Positions 25,601 through 40,600 of a stretch of DNA of 64,000 nt are shown one piece after another (within the stretch, counting starts at the first letter, position 1; each line of letters begins with the position of its first letter). A model generated the notes under the pieces. It saw only the letters and a program-made list of their open reading frames with translations. It searched no databases and had not been told where the DNA came from. A program made the translations under genes and the position numbers. Origin of the DNA: Laetmonice hystrix (lineage: Eukaryota); assembly GCA_965235115.1 (NCBI GenBank), contig OZ249439.1, forward strand, positions 19,530,001 through 19,594,000, given 5' to 3'.

Positions 25601-28600
25601 TTTACCATCCACGTCAGTACAGGTTGGTGAAACTTGTACTGGGTGCAGACAGTATACCTGGGCCCGTTTTTTTTGGTTGAGCTTGAGTCAAGTTTGAGAC
25701 GAAAACCTCGTCTCAAGCTCACGGCCCTATGAGTCGACTCATAGGGCCGTGAGCTTGAGACGAGGTTTTCGTCTCAAACTTGACTCAAGCTCAACCAAAA
25801 AAACAAGCCCAGATCTTTCTCACTGTTCCTCTTATCATACCGTCCAATGAACTGTTACAGTCGGTTCATTGTCTGGTAAAAGAAAGTGAAATCTAGACTA
25901 CTGTAACACAATAAAGAACATCTTTTGTTTCTCTGCCCCTCCTGGTATCCATGTAATAGATTACCAAACACCTTACTCAAAACATGACTCGCCTTAAATA
26001 TACCCTCTGACTATACCTCTGGTCCCCCTAGCTAAGATTTTTTCGCGGCATACACATCAGTTTCCCCTTCTACTTATACTTTATGCAATCATATAAAATA
26101 CCGGTACTCAATGTTCCTGAGAGAACTGGACCAAACTGCCAACTGACATGGTGACATATAGCAATTCTATTTTACGACAATCAAGAGACGTGAAGAGGAT
26201 ACAACGTTTAAAATACCAGGTGGCTAACTCAGTAGACCACCTGAGATTGGTATAGGGGGCGTGACAGTATGTTATCCAGCGATCATGTTCCTACTTCTCC
26301 GACAGACTGCAGCACCAGTCCTATACACCGGTCCTCTGGTGGCAAGCTATCGGGTACATGATTCTCGCAGCCTTGGCCCCGTTTGGGGTCTATGGACAGG
26401 CCTATATCTGGTATATGTACTCGGTTATCTTTGATTTTGGCAGGCATGGCAGACCACATGGAGTCTGGTTTATTGTTAACTTGCTATAGGCTAGAGATAC
26501 TCCCATGTGACTCTACAACAATCTCTGCTATCCGACGAACTGCCCAGAGTTTGTCTTGATAAGATTTCACAATGGTTCAGTGCTTTCTATCACTTCTATT
26601 TACAGTTATTGCTCGGGACTATCTCTTATCGGGCTCAAACGTCCCAATTTATTGTAACACTTGTCATCTTGGTCACATTCCCTATATTAATGTCCTCTAG
26701 TTATCAGCTCGGAGATGGTGATTTGCGTTATTTCCATAAACTAACAATCACAGGAGATTCCAATACGTATTACATTCAATATGTATTACAATTTCACTTT
26801 TAATTCTTTTAACTACAAGGGTACAACGTTTTTGTAAAATGGCTCTGGTGTCAAACTCAGAGAAATAATATTACTTGACGTGTGGCATGCACTTACAGCA
26901 CAGGGTCTCAATGTAAATCCTGCAAATAAGGGCACGTAACATACATGTACTTTTTAAGGAACACCCATTTTAAAGCGCTTCCGTTCCAAATTTTACATGA
27001 CACTTGGCATGTCACCAAATATATTGTATGCATCGCTTTTTTATGTATTGAATACCCCCGGTAAACCAAACTACCTTTTCTCGTGGGTCTGGTAGGTATT
27101 TTTTTTAAAGTGTGGACTCGCATAACCGCACGCTGCCAGGCATGACCACTTTTCGGATATACGGGTAATTCCCATGCAGTGTTCACTTACAGGGTTCTCA
27201 CAGATTTTCTAATATGAAATTCCATGATTTTTCCATGATTTCTCCAGGTTACTTGCAACATTTCCAGGTGTCATCATTACCGGCATATATACAGACCTAT
27301 AACTAAGTCATGTGTCATACATTTCCATAAAACGACCTCCCATCCCACCTGAGAGCCATGCAAGCCACACCAGAACATAAAGGAATGTCTTTCTCGATAA
27401 TTTCATTAGACAACGTAAAGGTATATTTGCTTAAGGGAGTAAAATGTTAGTCACTGCTAAAAGTAAGCATGAACCAGACAACTATGGTCGAATCCAGGTG
27501 GGGGGATTAGTAAGTTTTCATCTGCCTAGGAAGATGAGAAGAAAGTTCATACCTGAACTATAACTGAGACCCTACCTTACCATCCATCAGGATATGTATA
27601 ATATAGGATGACTACTAAACCTACACCATCCAGAATAACGTGCGGCGTGTCAAACCAACCATGTTACCACAGTCAATTTGAGGTGGTAGAGAGCCAAGTG
27701 TGTACTCAGTACAATATTGTGGATCTGACTATAATCCTTTGTACTGGACACCTGTCTGTTGACCATACAGTTACCAGTATAATGTACAGAGAGATATCAG
27801 GTGCCAACAGAGTGTCAGGGTTGTAATGTTGGTTCAGTGAACACAGCCCTGTGGTGTGACACCTGACATGATTTATCCATCATGTACATGTCAAATTGGC
27901 TCCGAGGGCAGTCTTCAGTTCCACATACTGCTCCTAACATCACGGCAATGACAATCAATCATATTTCTAACAACTAGTACAAGTGTTGAAAAAGTCTCTT
28001 TTCAAAATTGTTGAAAACACATTTGTGTGAAAGGTGGCCAAAGGTAACTAGCGATTACCAATAATTGTGAATGAGTTTGTGTTCCGACCATTCACAGGCG
28101 ACATGTATTTTGTTATTTTACATTTAGACCACAGTTGAACGAAAGTGGACTGAAAATATCCCGATCCTTCTAGCCCCCGTCGAGGTATGTGAGAGGTAAG
28201 CCAAGTGGGTTATCAGTCAGGAATCCTCGTACATCCAGTTGGCAGGTAGCCAGCTGGGGGAGGAAGGCAGTCATTATATAATGAATGTCACGCCGACTGG
28301 AGGCGTGAGGGCTGTAACCTAACCTGGCATCCATGTACAAGTCTTAACCGTTAAATGGACAACCATCATCCTGGAGTGGACCCTCATGGCCATTTCCTGT
28401 TGCCGTGGTGCTCGATCTCGCACAAGTTGTCACAGAATCGAAGTCTAACTTCGGAAGTCAAGCCCTCAGAAACTCAATACAGCTCCTGACAACATTTGAT
28501 TGGTTCTCTCCCAAGTTGGCTTGATTTGATAGATTGGTTCCCAATTCAGACACTTCTTTCATATATTTTAAGCGGGCAAATGAAGCACCAATTATCAGTA

Positions 28601-31600
28601 TTCTACATGTTAGGATCGACCCCTCAACCCCGGGATAACTTAGAAACGTTTTCGGATCAAGGCCATCAGCTGAAATATTCTTGTGAATCCCTTAGGGACG
28701 TCTTACTTGTACAGAGCAGCGTTAAATGCAGTCCAACATTCTTCCCAAAGAAGGTTCACTCAGAATAATACTGACTTTTCATGTCTATGTCCAAAGGTCA
28801 TACTGTAAAAGTAAAAAAAAGTCATGCTGTAAAAGAATAGATTGTTTTGTTAGTCATTTCTTTAGGTAGTCTGAAGGACTTGGCTAGTATAACAGGCCCC
28901 CTGAAATTACCTTTTATGTCACGTCTGCCGTTTTGTACGCTTTGCTCCCTGTCTGCACGTTTCTCCATACCCCATACAATGCCAGGTACTGTGACCAGAA
29001 AATAGGCCATAGATTATGTAGTCTACATCAACACACTTATCATGTTCCTTATTGGCCGCTTATTTCAAAACAGTCAACTCACTCATGTCTGACCTTAAGT
29101 GCTCAGGTGATTCAAATAACACTGAAGTCGGTGTGCCTTTTTTTAAATAGTTCAATTGTTGTTAATTCATCTCATTTCACACTTATAGAAGCTCTCTGTG
29201 ACAAACAAGAAGGCTGGAAGAATGCGGTTGTTTTTTGACTGGACTGTTTCACCTTTCCTTTTCATCAGTGTTCTCTGGGTTTGTCATGTACGTAACTAGC
29301 CGCCAGTCTACAGGCTGGTAATATTGAGGACACTAGGGAATAGCCGAGCGATCCTTCCATGATATCACCGAGTTCCCCACTTGTGATTCCGTTTACATGC
29401 AGATCTAATCAAACCGACAGTTCTAACCCGCTGTCATTAATCACAGGACCTACCAGTCCGGAATAGACTCAATAGTTTCACCCGTACGACCTTGGGCCAA
29501 TGCCATACCTTTCCCTTCGGATCGATGACGACGGAAACCTACAATAAATCAAATGGCATGGGTAAACCCCAAGCTCCTCCCCATGCTCCTTTCTCCCAGC
29601 TAACCTCAGCAAGCAATAACGAAGGCTTTAGACCACCGACTCCTTCAGTGTGATCTGTCCCCATTGAAATAAAAGCACACTTATGATGAAATGATCAAAA
29701 GCAAATGTGAATTTCAAAACTCGTAAGTTCATGTTACGTATCAAAACCACATGGGTACACCAATGTGCACCATGGATTGATCATGCATATTTTATACATC
29801 GAGCACCAAGGGCTACTTCCATTCCCACGCCCTTCTTATTCTACCCTGCGGGACGCCCATCGGGCCCGCCCTAACGTACGGAAGGTATGGACTGACGCCA
29901 AGCGTTCCCGAGTCCTGAAAAGGCACCTCCCTGGACTGGTTTTTCACCCTGGGAGCAGTGACGTACAACACGCCCATGAACAGTGAGGCCCTGTATTACA
30001 TGTCCACACAGTGTCATGTTCTCTGCTACATGAGGTAGGGGCCTACTGCACCGCTGATCGCTGTACCCCCCCCCCCCTCCTCCATAGCACGCATAAAACC
30101 ACTGACTGTTTCCCAACATGACATTTTCTCATAAGGGCCGCGCGATATTTTTACCGAGTGGCCGCCCGAAAACATGTGTAAGACCAGGGGCACGGACGTG
30201 TGGGTCGGCGGTCACGGTCTGTGTTACCGATTCTATCTGTATGGGCCTGCACGGATCAGCTGCCGGGATCAAAACAAAGACCACGCAGCGGTCGACCTGC
30301 AGAGGGAGGCTGCCCGCATCGCACGCACCACCACCAGCCACCGTCATAGTTACAGCAGGCAATGCCGTGCCAGAGGAGCGAGGCAAACGCCTGCGTTTGC
30401 ATCCATGACCCCGCCCTGAGACAAATATCGGCCGTCACCAATATAACCAATTCTGGGCGTCCCAACACGTTAAACACCATCATTGTAACCTACCTGCCGC
30501 CGGCCTCCTCTGATCGATCACTTGATAGTTAAAATCGGCCAATTGTGGTTATTTTCCTGGTTGAATTATTGACTCTCCGCTGGCGATGCTTTCACACTGA
30601 TGCTGAAGCTGATGTTGCTGGTCGTACAGCTGTACTGCTGCTTAGTGTGCGTTTCTCCCACTTGGCTGTGCTAGTGGGGCTTCATTAGCATACACCTGTA
30701 TTAAGGCACCTGTCTTCTTATCCCATGTAATACAAGACCATGTCCAGAATGTACTTAAAACACAATAGAACTGATATTTCCCTCCGTATACTGGTATGAT
30801 AAGCTATCCGTCGAACTCTCCTACGGCTTCATATCAATGCCAAATATTCTGCATAATCATCCAAGTGCGTGTGAGTCAAGGCTGCTCTGCGCACGCGGAT
30901 TGAGGTTTGTGTACGCTGCCTTCACTACAACTGACCATAATTAAAGAATACCAAAAATATGTCATATAATTCCTTACAAAGGTCGAGTTGGATTAAAATA
31001 TGGATAAAGAACACATTGTGAGGGCGCCGGGAGATTGGCTGCGTTCCTCGTGGTGAGTGAGAATTCTCAGAGGTGCACGGCAGAATACATGCAGCACCAG
31101 CTCGCAGACTCGTGGCCGCGCCATCGAGTCATTCATGCTGGCTGAATCGGTTACTCCAGACAACACCATCCAACAGCTCCACATGTGTGCTTCAAGACGG
31201 CTTCAGATCTCCGCAATACCGGCACTTAGTGAGCGGTGCACTCACGAGATGGAGCCAGTAACCGTTAGCTGTGAAACGTTAAAAATCACTTGTATGCTAA
31301 CATAAAGGCCCGGATACACTGACTGATTTACGGCCGATTTTGAGATATATATGGCCATAGGAAAACTATGGAGAAAATCGGCCGTATCTTAAAATCGGCC
31401 GAAAATCCCTCTGTGTTTCGGGACCTAATGACTGAATGATTAAGTATGAAAAAGAATTTGGCCGTGTGTTTTTCGCGCCAATTAAACAAATAAAATGTTG
31501 GAAAAAAATAAAAAAAATATCAAGCTATGGGTATGTTATTTTAGTCACAACCAGCTGTCGCTACATCGTGTCAGCACCCTTACGAGTTTCTACAGTCTAG

Positions 31601-34600
31601 TACATTATTAGCAAAACCAACCTGTCCATTAAATCATTTTTTTATGGCACTGTATATCATGAGTCGACTAAAATGATATACAGAAACCTGATAAAACCCC
31701 AGGCCCGATTTCTTATCTGCTCCAGTATAGCATACATGATCAATAATCAATACCACTAATTCAGTTATTTCCCGAAGGTCTGTCACATAACATGTCCAAT
31801 CAATCGATACAAGTGTTATTTCAGTGAATCACACATGTTAACGACTCATGGAAATTGACTTCTCATGTTTTGAGTGACCTTTACAAGTGATTACGCCTCC
31901 CCTGGCTTATGAAAAGTACCTCTTACAACACACGTCTGACAATTTTTTACCACTCTTAGCAACTCAATTGTCCAGCAGTAGAATGTATGAATAATCATGC
32001 TGCTAACGAGCAAAATAGCCGGCCAAAATCAAAACACAGGTGACACGAAGAACTAATTATATCAATGAAAATACGTAGTTATTTACTCTTTTAAGGTGTA
32101 ATAGTACGCGTGTATAATGATTTGGTTTGAATGATAAACTGATTCACTGATAACTTTTCTTACTTCTTATCAAATGGTGATTTGAATCATCGTATCTTGT
32201 TGGTAGTATAATCTAGGGAGATACATCTTGACTATGACCTTGGCTTAAAGGTAATTGTGATTTTAAAAGTGTTTTTTTCCTCCAGCACCACCACTGATGC
32301 AGTATGGAATTGGTAGCCAGAATGATGCATAGGTCAGACTACAGGATCAATACACCATCTCTCGTATACTGAGTACAGAAACATCAGGATTTAACGTGCC
32401 TACAGTTGGTAACTACCACACACACACAGGATAAACCCGGCTCTATGGGACCCTTACTACATTATACATGCGTATATCCTCCACTTTCTATCTCGCCCTG
32501 TATAATTTCAAGGTCGATATAACAGGGAACATGTCAAAAGGGAACATCCCCGGTTAAAATATAGAAGGTCTCATTGAAGTTCAATTTTTTATCTAGCCTC
32601 TAACATTAGAGACCTTTCACTGTGAACAAGGAACGCCTGTTTGCGTCCCAGACTGTATATCTGTCATCATTTTGAACCACCTTTTAAGTTTAAATCTTTA
32701 TGCTGTTTCAAGATAGACTAGTTCCCGTGTGGTATTACCGGAATATGCTGAAGGCACTTCCATCTATCTATATATTGTTGGCAACAATTACCACGAACGT
32801 TGGTTTCATCACATTAGCTTAATGAATGAAACTGTCCAGTGTGATAACTGGGAATCTGTAAAGTCTACTACCGGCATCTATAGTTACCGAGCTACCTTAC
32901 GGTCGGGAAATTGCTTTCTTGCATGCAATAATCTGCTGTATTCATGCAACATTCAGTCCCTCTCCCTCAAAGTAAATATACGTGTACACCAACACTCAAG
33001 ACTTCGGTTCCTTTGGTTACAATAAATGGTAGCATCCGTGCGTAACCCAGTACGTCCTGTGAGGCACGGCCACTTTCCAATAAGTTTTATAATGAGAAAA
33101 TTACCGCATTTGCGAATTTGTGTCTAACAAAAAGGAGCATGACTGGATCTAAAAGGACAAAGTGTTGTCTACCTCCGTGTCACGAGGTATTTGCTGCCTA
33201 TTTTTGCTCATGTGCCACATATCTGGATTATCTCACCTGTCAACTTTACAAGGTGAAATCTGGCCTGAGTCTGCGAGGAATAATATTGACAAAGTTGAAC
33301 CAGTTGTCAGAGTGGGAAGATATAACAAACACGAACGAGCCCGTAGCACAGATTTCCACCAGAGTCAATGTGACAACTTTCGCAGTCTTCTCCATGATTT
33401 TGGCATCATATGCACAGGACTGTGACCAGTAACATATTTAACTACCAATGGTTACAACGAATTTAACCCCCCGGGTAACAGCTGAGAACCCGTCCACTAT
33501 CTGCGCGTGAAGTCTATAAATGTACGCCTACCTGGTTCAATGCTACAGGTGACTTCTTCCTACGCCACATTGCCCTAACCTGACGGCTCCACTGTAGGTG
33601 TCGGCCTGAGACAGGTAACTGGCATCCACAAACTAATGACGGGATGACACCAAGATCATCACACCTTCTCACAAACACAGGTAAACAACGAATGACCCTG
33701 ACTGCAGTCTGCTCGCACCACTATCGCCTCTCCTGGAAATCAATCGTCATGCCACGTTTCCACTGTCCACGATGCTCGGCCTTTATGACTTGCCAACTGG
33801 AGGCGATCCAAGTCCACTGGCACCTCGTATTTATATAGAACACAGCATGCACTTCATATGTCCATAAACGTTTGTGATGCAGGAACAGGGTCCAAGGCTC
33901 AGTATGGAAAAAAAGAGCAAACTTTTGGTTGAACCAGTTTGTGCTCCAAACACCATGCCGTGTATGTTCCAGTCAACTTAGTGTAAGCGTTCAAAACATG
34001 AAAAGTCCATGTTTGTTAATACCACTTGAAGGTTTTTTTAAGGCCACACTGTTTGGTAACCGGGTAAGAGTCAATGCCGTATCAGGTTATACAGCAATAA
34101 AGTTCATGGGTTTCGTGCGTTAATACTATTAGGTTGAATACGCTCCCTAATGCAAGGTCCATCTAGTTGATGTCATATATAATATCCATTAATTCAAAAC
34201 GGAACAAAATATATTATTTACCACATTTACGTCCTTTATTCAGCGATGACAATCCCGGATTGTGTTATGCGGGTATAATTCAAGTTATATTATCTTAGAA
34301 ATCAGTTTACTCCGAAGCCCCTTGATGAGGTTCCAAGTATTTGTTGTTACCTGTTTCCTATGTGATTGTTTCGTTCTATAGTCCCACAACAGTCTTTAAC
34401 ACTTGCCAAGCAACCACATTGGTGAGATCAATATTCTTCACATGAGCCGCTCAACCAGAACTCACATGTTACGGGGTCTATTGACCAAACAGACACCACA
34501 GATTTCTACCACACCGACATGTGTTCCCCCAAGCACACCGTTACATGTACGCAAGTCTATAGGAAAACGATATCAAGGACAGGCCATAACATTGATTTAT

Positions 34601-37600
34601 ACATGGCATCCTTCACCGGAGATATCCTTCACTTGACATACGTTTTGAAGGGCATTTCTTCAATAACCTGTTAGAGTTCAGTGATGTAGGTCATTTCAAT
34701 CAGTACCGTCTCCAGGACCGCTAACACTGAAAGTCAACTGCGATTATCCTGTACAAATGTTTATCGTTTGTGTTGATTACTGGTTCTAGAACTATGGTTT
34801 ATCAGTGCTAGGGTTCTGATGACCTTGGACTAGCTTGATGCGGCCGGTGAATGCAACCCTTACCCTGGGCCTAGCACTGAGTGGCCCGGGGGTCTGATGA
34901 AGATCGTGGCAGGCCGCCCCCGGGGGGGATCAGACCTCGGTGCTAACAAACCTGCTGTCAGCCACCCGTCAGGCCGACCTGTAATCTGGGCACGCACACT
35001 CCTCTCAACTTGACCATAGGCCATATCTAACAATGACCTGCACCATTTCATAACCTTGCCATGATAGATTCTAATCAAGAGAATCAAAGACATCCCACAG
35101 GACAGGCAGTGTTGTTTTACCTTTCAACATAGGCCGCTCCAAGAAGCAACCTGTGTACTTTTGTCAATGGTGGACTGCATATTATATTTATGGGCCTTTT
35201 AGCAGAGCAAACTAGTTTGGAATATGATTGCACAGAACAGCATAGCATGTGAATGTCACTGCAGAATACTCAACTATTACCTGACCACCTAACCAGCTTA
35301 GTGGAATACTAAACCTCTCTTTCTACTCAATCAGGAGCTCTAAATATTTGGTTGTATTCGATATACCTAGGGGGCGCTCCTAATAAAATTTCTGCTGGCC
35401 TTGTCTGGATCAAGTCTTCGTGCCTTCGAACGCTTGCGCATTGACAAACTTGTCCCTACTGGCACTGATGATCAAGGCTACTGACAGTGTGACAACCTGT
35501 GTCAGATACCGTCACAATTTCTATTTTCAGATTCCGAGATTTAGCGTTTTTTGTTTTTATTTTTTGCTTTCTAAATTCATGTTCGCCTTGCGTCTCCGGC
35601 GCTGGAAGGTGTCGCCACCCCCTTTCGTGCAGTGCTGGATCCGCGCCTGCATGCATGTTTTGATTGCACCAAGATCTTGTTCTCCAATGCCTTCACAGGT
35701 TATATGTGGACCGCCACACCTGCCACGACGACCAGACTAGAATTCTGCCTGGTCAGCAAGTGCAGTAATGTTAAAGACATGAATGGTAGGTTTGGACAAG
35801 GGCTGGGAGAGGGTCACACAGGGGACACGTGCAAGTGGACGAGGAACCCCCACTCGAATCCCAACAGTCATAAGCTCTGAATGAATCCTGTGCCAGGATC
35901 CACAAAGAACAACATTTGTTCTGGGTCAACCCTCTCCTTTAGACCCAACGTTTTCTGTTAAACCTCGCCTTAACTCGTCCACGGTGGCATGCTCCACGGT
36001 TAACCTTAACATACGTGTCTCTGTGAGATCTGTGGTAGTTACCGGCATTTTCTCGCTATCATAAATCTGATGACTTATATAAAGAACTCTACTTAGCTTG
36101 TTCAGATACTATCTCATGCGAACAAATGACAACTGATGCGAGGTTTTACGGAACAGTAACTAGGTACTCCACATTATTATCTTTACTCGTGAAATAAATA
36201 CATTTAACACACCACTACAGATCAGTAACAAAAAAGGTTGAAGACGTTCCTTGTAATGTACAACCTACATGTTTTTTAACCTACGCTAATAACAAAAGCA
36301 TCCTGGAGCTTATCTAACAGTAGATCTACCTGTATGCGCTCTTATCTCCACCAAAAGGACTTTTCTTTACGGAAGGAAGGCTTTCTGTCTGTTCGAATAG
36401 TGTTACCGTCCAATAGAATCTATTTCTCTCTCCTTGACAATATACTACAGTTCCTTACTTCAGATAGTTGAAATAGTTGAATTAGAAAATGAAAGAAAAT
36501 GTCTTTAAAATATTGCTATTCATGCACTTACTCTTTCAAGATAAAAGCTCCAAAAACAGTATGGACTACTTTCCACGAAATTTTTAGCATTTATTTCCCT
36601 TCAAGTACTGCCTTTTCCTTGCCTTCCGTAAAACAACAAAACGCAAATTGAGATGTACCATATAATTTCCTTTACCTCTCCAAAAGCAACCATGCACTGG
36701 TGCCTTTTCCTGACATTGGGTACAGAAACGTACCAGACTGTGCCATCCCCCCCCCCCCCCTCCACCCCAGACTCTTCCTTTTTGTGTGCTTTATTTTAGT
36801 ACCCTGGGGCATTCCGGGCTAAGTTTTGCGTCAGCTGTGCTTTGCCCGTCCGTGCTGTGGCTGTGTCTCACGGACACGACCTGCAGAGACATCGTGGGTG
36901 TTACTTGGCAACGGACGATACAGCGACCCAGAGGTGGGACGGCCACTCTCTCACTAATAAACCAATCACTTGTGCACACCAAGGCCTGATATTCACTTCA
37001 CCTCTACGCAGGTCCTCGTAAGGACTCAACTGTACGGTACAAATACGCAGAAATATAGTGCCCTCGATCTGCAAATCATTTACATGACTGTATCACCTCT
37101 AAAGATACTGCACTCCCTACAATGGGGTCTGATTTGAATGTTTTTAAGTCATGTTTGAGTCATTAATACATCACAGGAGGGCAAAGAGTAATAAAAGTTT
37201 CTATGAACATCCTAATGTATCTCGTGTCTCTATCAAAACCGAGTGATTGGATTGTGTTCAGCCCTGCAGCGTTAACCGTTCTATCCCACAAAATTGCCTC
37301 AGGCACCAAAAGGCCATAGGCCAGGAGATAAAACGAGCCAGGTAGAGTTATGGTTGGTTTTACTGGAAAAACTAGTCCTTTTTTCAAAACAAATGTACAA
37401 GACGTAAGGCGGATTGACGTATAAGGATAAATAAAGTGAGCTAAAAAAGGTTAAAGCAGCTTTATTCCCTACGATTATGTGTATGAAATGCAACATGTTA
37501 GACAAACGAAAATAAGAAAATGACGACACCGAATTTTTTTTTAACTGACATAGTCGGCTAACCCGAGAGCAGGTTGCATCGGACTCTAAGTACAGGTACA

Positions 37601-40600
37601 ACTGGGCACCAAATCGTCCAAGTGAAAAGAAGTGAGGTTTGATTCATGAGCTTGGTCCTCGGGCCACCCCATATAGTCCCATCTAAGATCTAATCTGTGC
37701 TCGCCCAGACCCTGGTCTAATTACAACATAAGTCCTCCAGACTCGGAGAGTTTTCGGTTCATCAATCCTGCCTCCCGTGGATGGCGTTCCTCCGTACAGT
37801 CAGGTAACACTGACGTATACTCTGTCACCTGTCAGGTCTTTCATACTGCCGATCGGTCTATCTTTAGACACGCCTACTTGATAGATCAGGACAGTCTTCG
37901 TTCACGAGTTCGTGCACAGAAGACCACGTTATCATAATGACAAGAAATCGATCTCAGAGTAATTTGTATTCCTTCCTGTCACTAGCAAAACTGTGTGTCC
38001 ACCATTCACCACCGTTTGACCATTTCAACACCAGCACCAGAGAGAACCATTCTTACCAAAAATGTAATAACATGCCGTACATCCGGTAATTATATATCAA
38101 ATAATTAATAGTTGAAACATTCTCTGTGAGGAGGTGTAGGTTACTGCTGAGGATATGGGTATTATCAACTGACAGAATTGAGAAAACCAGACCAACTTGT
38201 AATGTTCTACAACAGTGAAGGACAAAGCGTGAACTGTGCAGATGTAAATCTTGGTCCTTCCCAAGCTGCTGGTACATTTTTTTTAAATGACTATTTCTTT
38301 AGCTAATTGCCATGCTCAGGGACCAGTCTGCCTGACGGCAAACAGGTCATACCTGGCGGTCCCTCAAGGCAAATCTTTCCCGCAATACACGGACAATATA
38401 AGGCTAACCCTTTCAATAATTACGACCTTTGTCCGTAATTACAGCTATCTATACCGGCTTAATGGTCTGTAATCATGATATCATAACCACAAATAAATCC
38501 TATGTACTGTCGGCACTGTTAAGACCACCCCCCACCCCCACCCCTCACACACACACACCTTCGGAAAACTGGTGATCTAACAGTCCCTGTATGTCTTCCT
38601 TTCTTGCCCCTGGCTAGCTCCACTTCAGTAAATGAGAACAACTGTGTAAGGCTTAAAGTTGGCCATGTCCATTTTAAGCTACATGCTGCAACCCCAGCAC
38701 GGTATTTGTAAACACTTCTACCACTTAATCTCCATGTAAAACACTTCATACTACGTTCTAAAACATTCATTTTAGAAGTGACCAACAGCCATATTTTTCG
38801 ATTAAACCCCAATTATTGGAATATTGAGAAGGACATATCATTCTTACCGTGAACGCTGGCTGATGAAGTTGCTCCATGGACCTGGCTGAAGCCTTCAACT
38901 CTTCGATATTTGTATCCTTTGGTCGATCAGGAGAGAAGACGCTGTCAGCCGACATCGACAGCGTCTTGTTCGATGCCAATTGGACCAACCTGCAGTGGCA
39001 ACAGCAGAGCACAGATCCCGGTAAATTTCTCACAGTGTTAACATCTGGTCAAGATAAATGTTCTCCTTTCGGTTGTACAAAGTGCCCCTAGTACCAAGTG
39101 GAACCTGGCCACCTCCACGAGGCTGGTCGTGTCTGGATAGAAGACCTGCCGCACCAACCTACCAGGGCAAGCACGTTTAGTGTGTAGCCGCAGTGGTTGG
39201 TGTGAGCGAGCGAGCAAGCCGCCCGAGGAATGGTCACGGTCTAGCAGACATCTCTCACCTATCTCTGCACCTGAGCCAGGTATGGATACTCACTCCTTAG
39301 TAAGCTGGCACAGGCGGCAAGTATAACCACCACCGCCAGCACCACTACCACCTCCGCTGCCATCACGACCGCCACCACCACCATCACCACCATCATCAAT
39401 CATCGTGTCGTCATTATTTATAGCATGGAACCAAACAGTTACCTATTGTAAATAATTCCAATCCCCTCTGATATAATACCACTGCCTTAATCTCCCTCTA
39501 CCATATTACCATTGTTTAATCTATCTCTGACATAACCACAATGCCAGAGAGTTCGGTTCTGCCTCAGGCCATAGAAGATAATTCTTTGTTGAACTTAAAG
39601 ATGCATCGATTTGAATGTGTAATTGGAAACAGCCCTCAAGGGACAATACAACGTCTGACTATTCTCCTGTCCGTCGGGGCCCATAATAAGAAACCCATTT
39701 TATCATGGCATGGGATCCAATGCCCTGATGTGCAATATAATTACCTAGATATAGATAGATTCACAAGCTTCTGAAAATTTAGGAGTAAACACCTCTATGT
39801 CCTTAATATCTGCATGGTGTAATTTTCTCAAATAGTCCTTGCATGAGACCAAAATTAAAAGTGTGCCCATCTGACCACCTGTAAGTAAAATCTAGTGGGA
39901 CATTATTACAACCAAGTCAGAAAAAGACATTTAGGACACAATGTCCTTTTGAAATATGTAACTTCACAGTTCGAAAAGTGCTTTTTTTTATGCCCACCCG
40001 ATATACATACTTTGCTGAGTTCAGGGTACTGCTGACTGACCATAGTTAGCCCACTCTTATACTAAAACAAAAATAAAGTTTATAACTCTGAACATCGAAA
40101 AAGGCACAGGAAGAACGATTTAATTTCAAACGTCCATTTGCCAGAAGACGTCGTCTCTGCTGTAAATCTGACTGTAAGGAAACAGGAAGAACCTTGATGA
40201 CTTCTTCCTCATCAAATACTCCATACAGGAAATGCTCTAGTCCCCGGAACTGGCACAGATCCACCTTTATATCGATCATTGTGAGCATGCTGAATGAAGT
40301 CTGTCCCTGGCGCCCGCCGGACGAGTCACATAGAATGAATGCCTTACTCCAGCCAGGCTAATAACCGGCATCATAACATGAGGAGACAGGTGCAATTAAG
40401 ACATTCAGAAATCTTAACATAATCACCACTAGTCCTGTACACAATATAGCGCCCTCCCCCTGGTCTAAGACAGTATAATATGGCGAAACAAATGAATAGA
40501 TTTAAGGCATGAAAGGCTGGGCTGGCGATTAACTGTGACTTTACGGACAATTAAATTATACTGCAACTTAGATCGTGTGTAATATTGTTGCAATGAATGA

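Noticed and set aside
25690-25780. Synthetic cloning cassette, suggested by four BsmBI sites and a central SalI site in the palindrome
   Set aside because: The sites follow automatically from nested symmetry. The outer arms decay naturally (one indel, two mismatches) and there is no vector sequence nearby.
36065-36140. C/D-box snoRNA candidate (CTGATGA...CTGA); a similar case near 21733
   Set aside because: Imperfect C box or missing D box, no terminal stem, no recognisable rRNA antisense element, and on the strand opposite the host gene.
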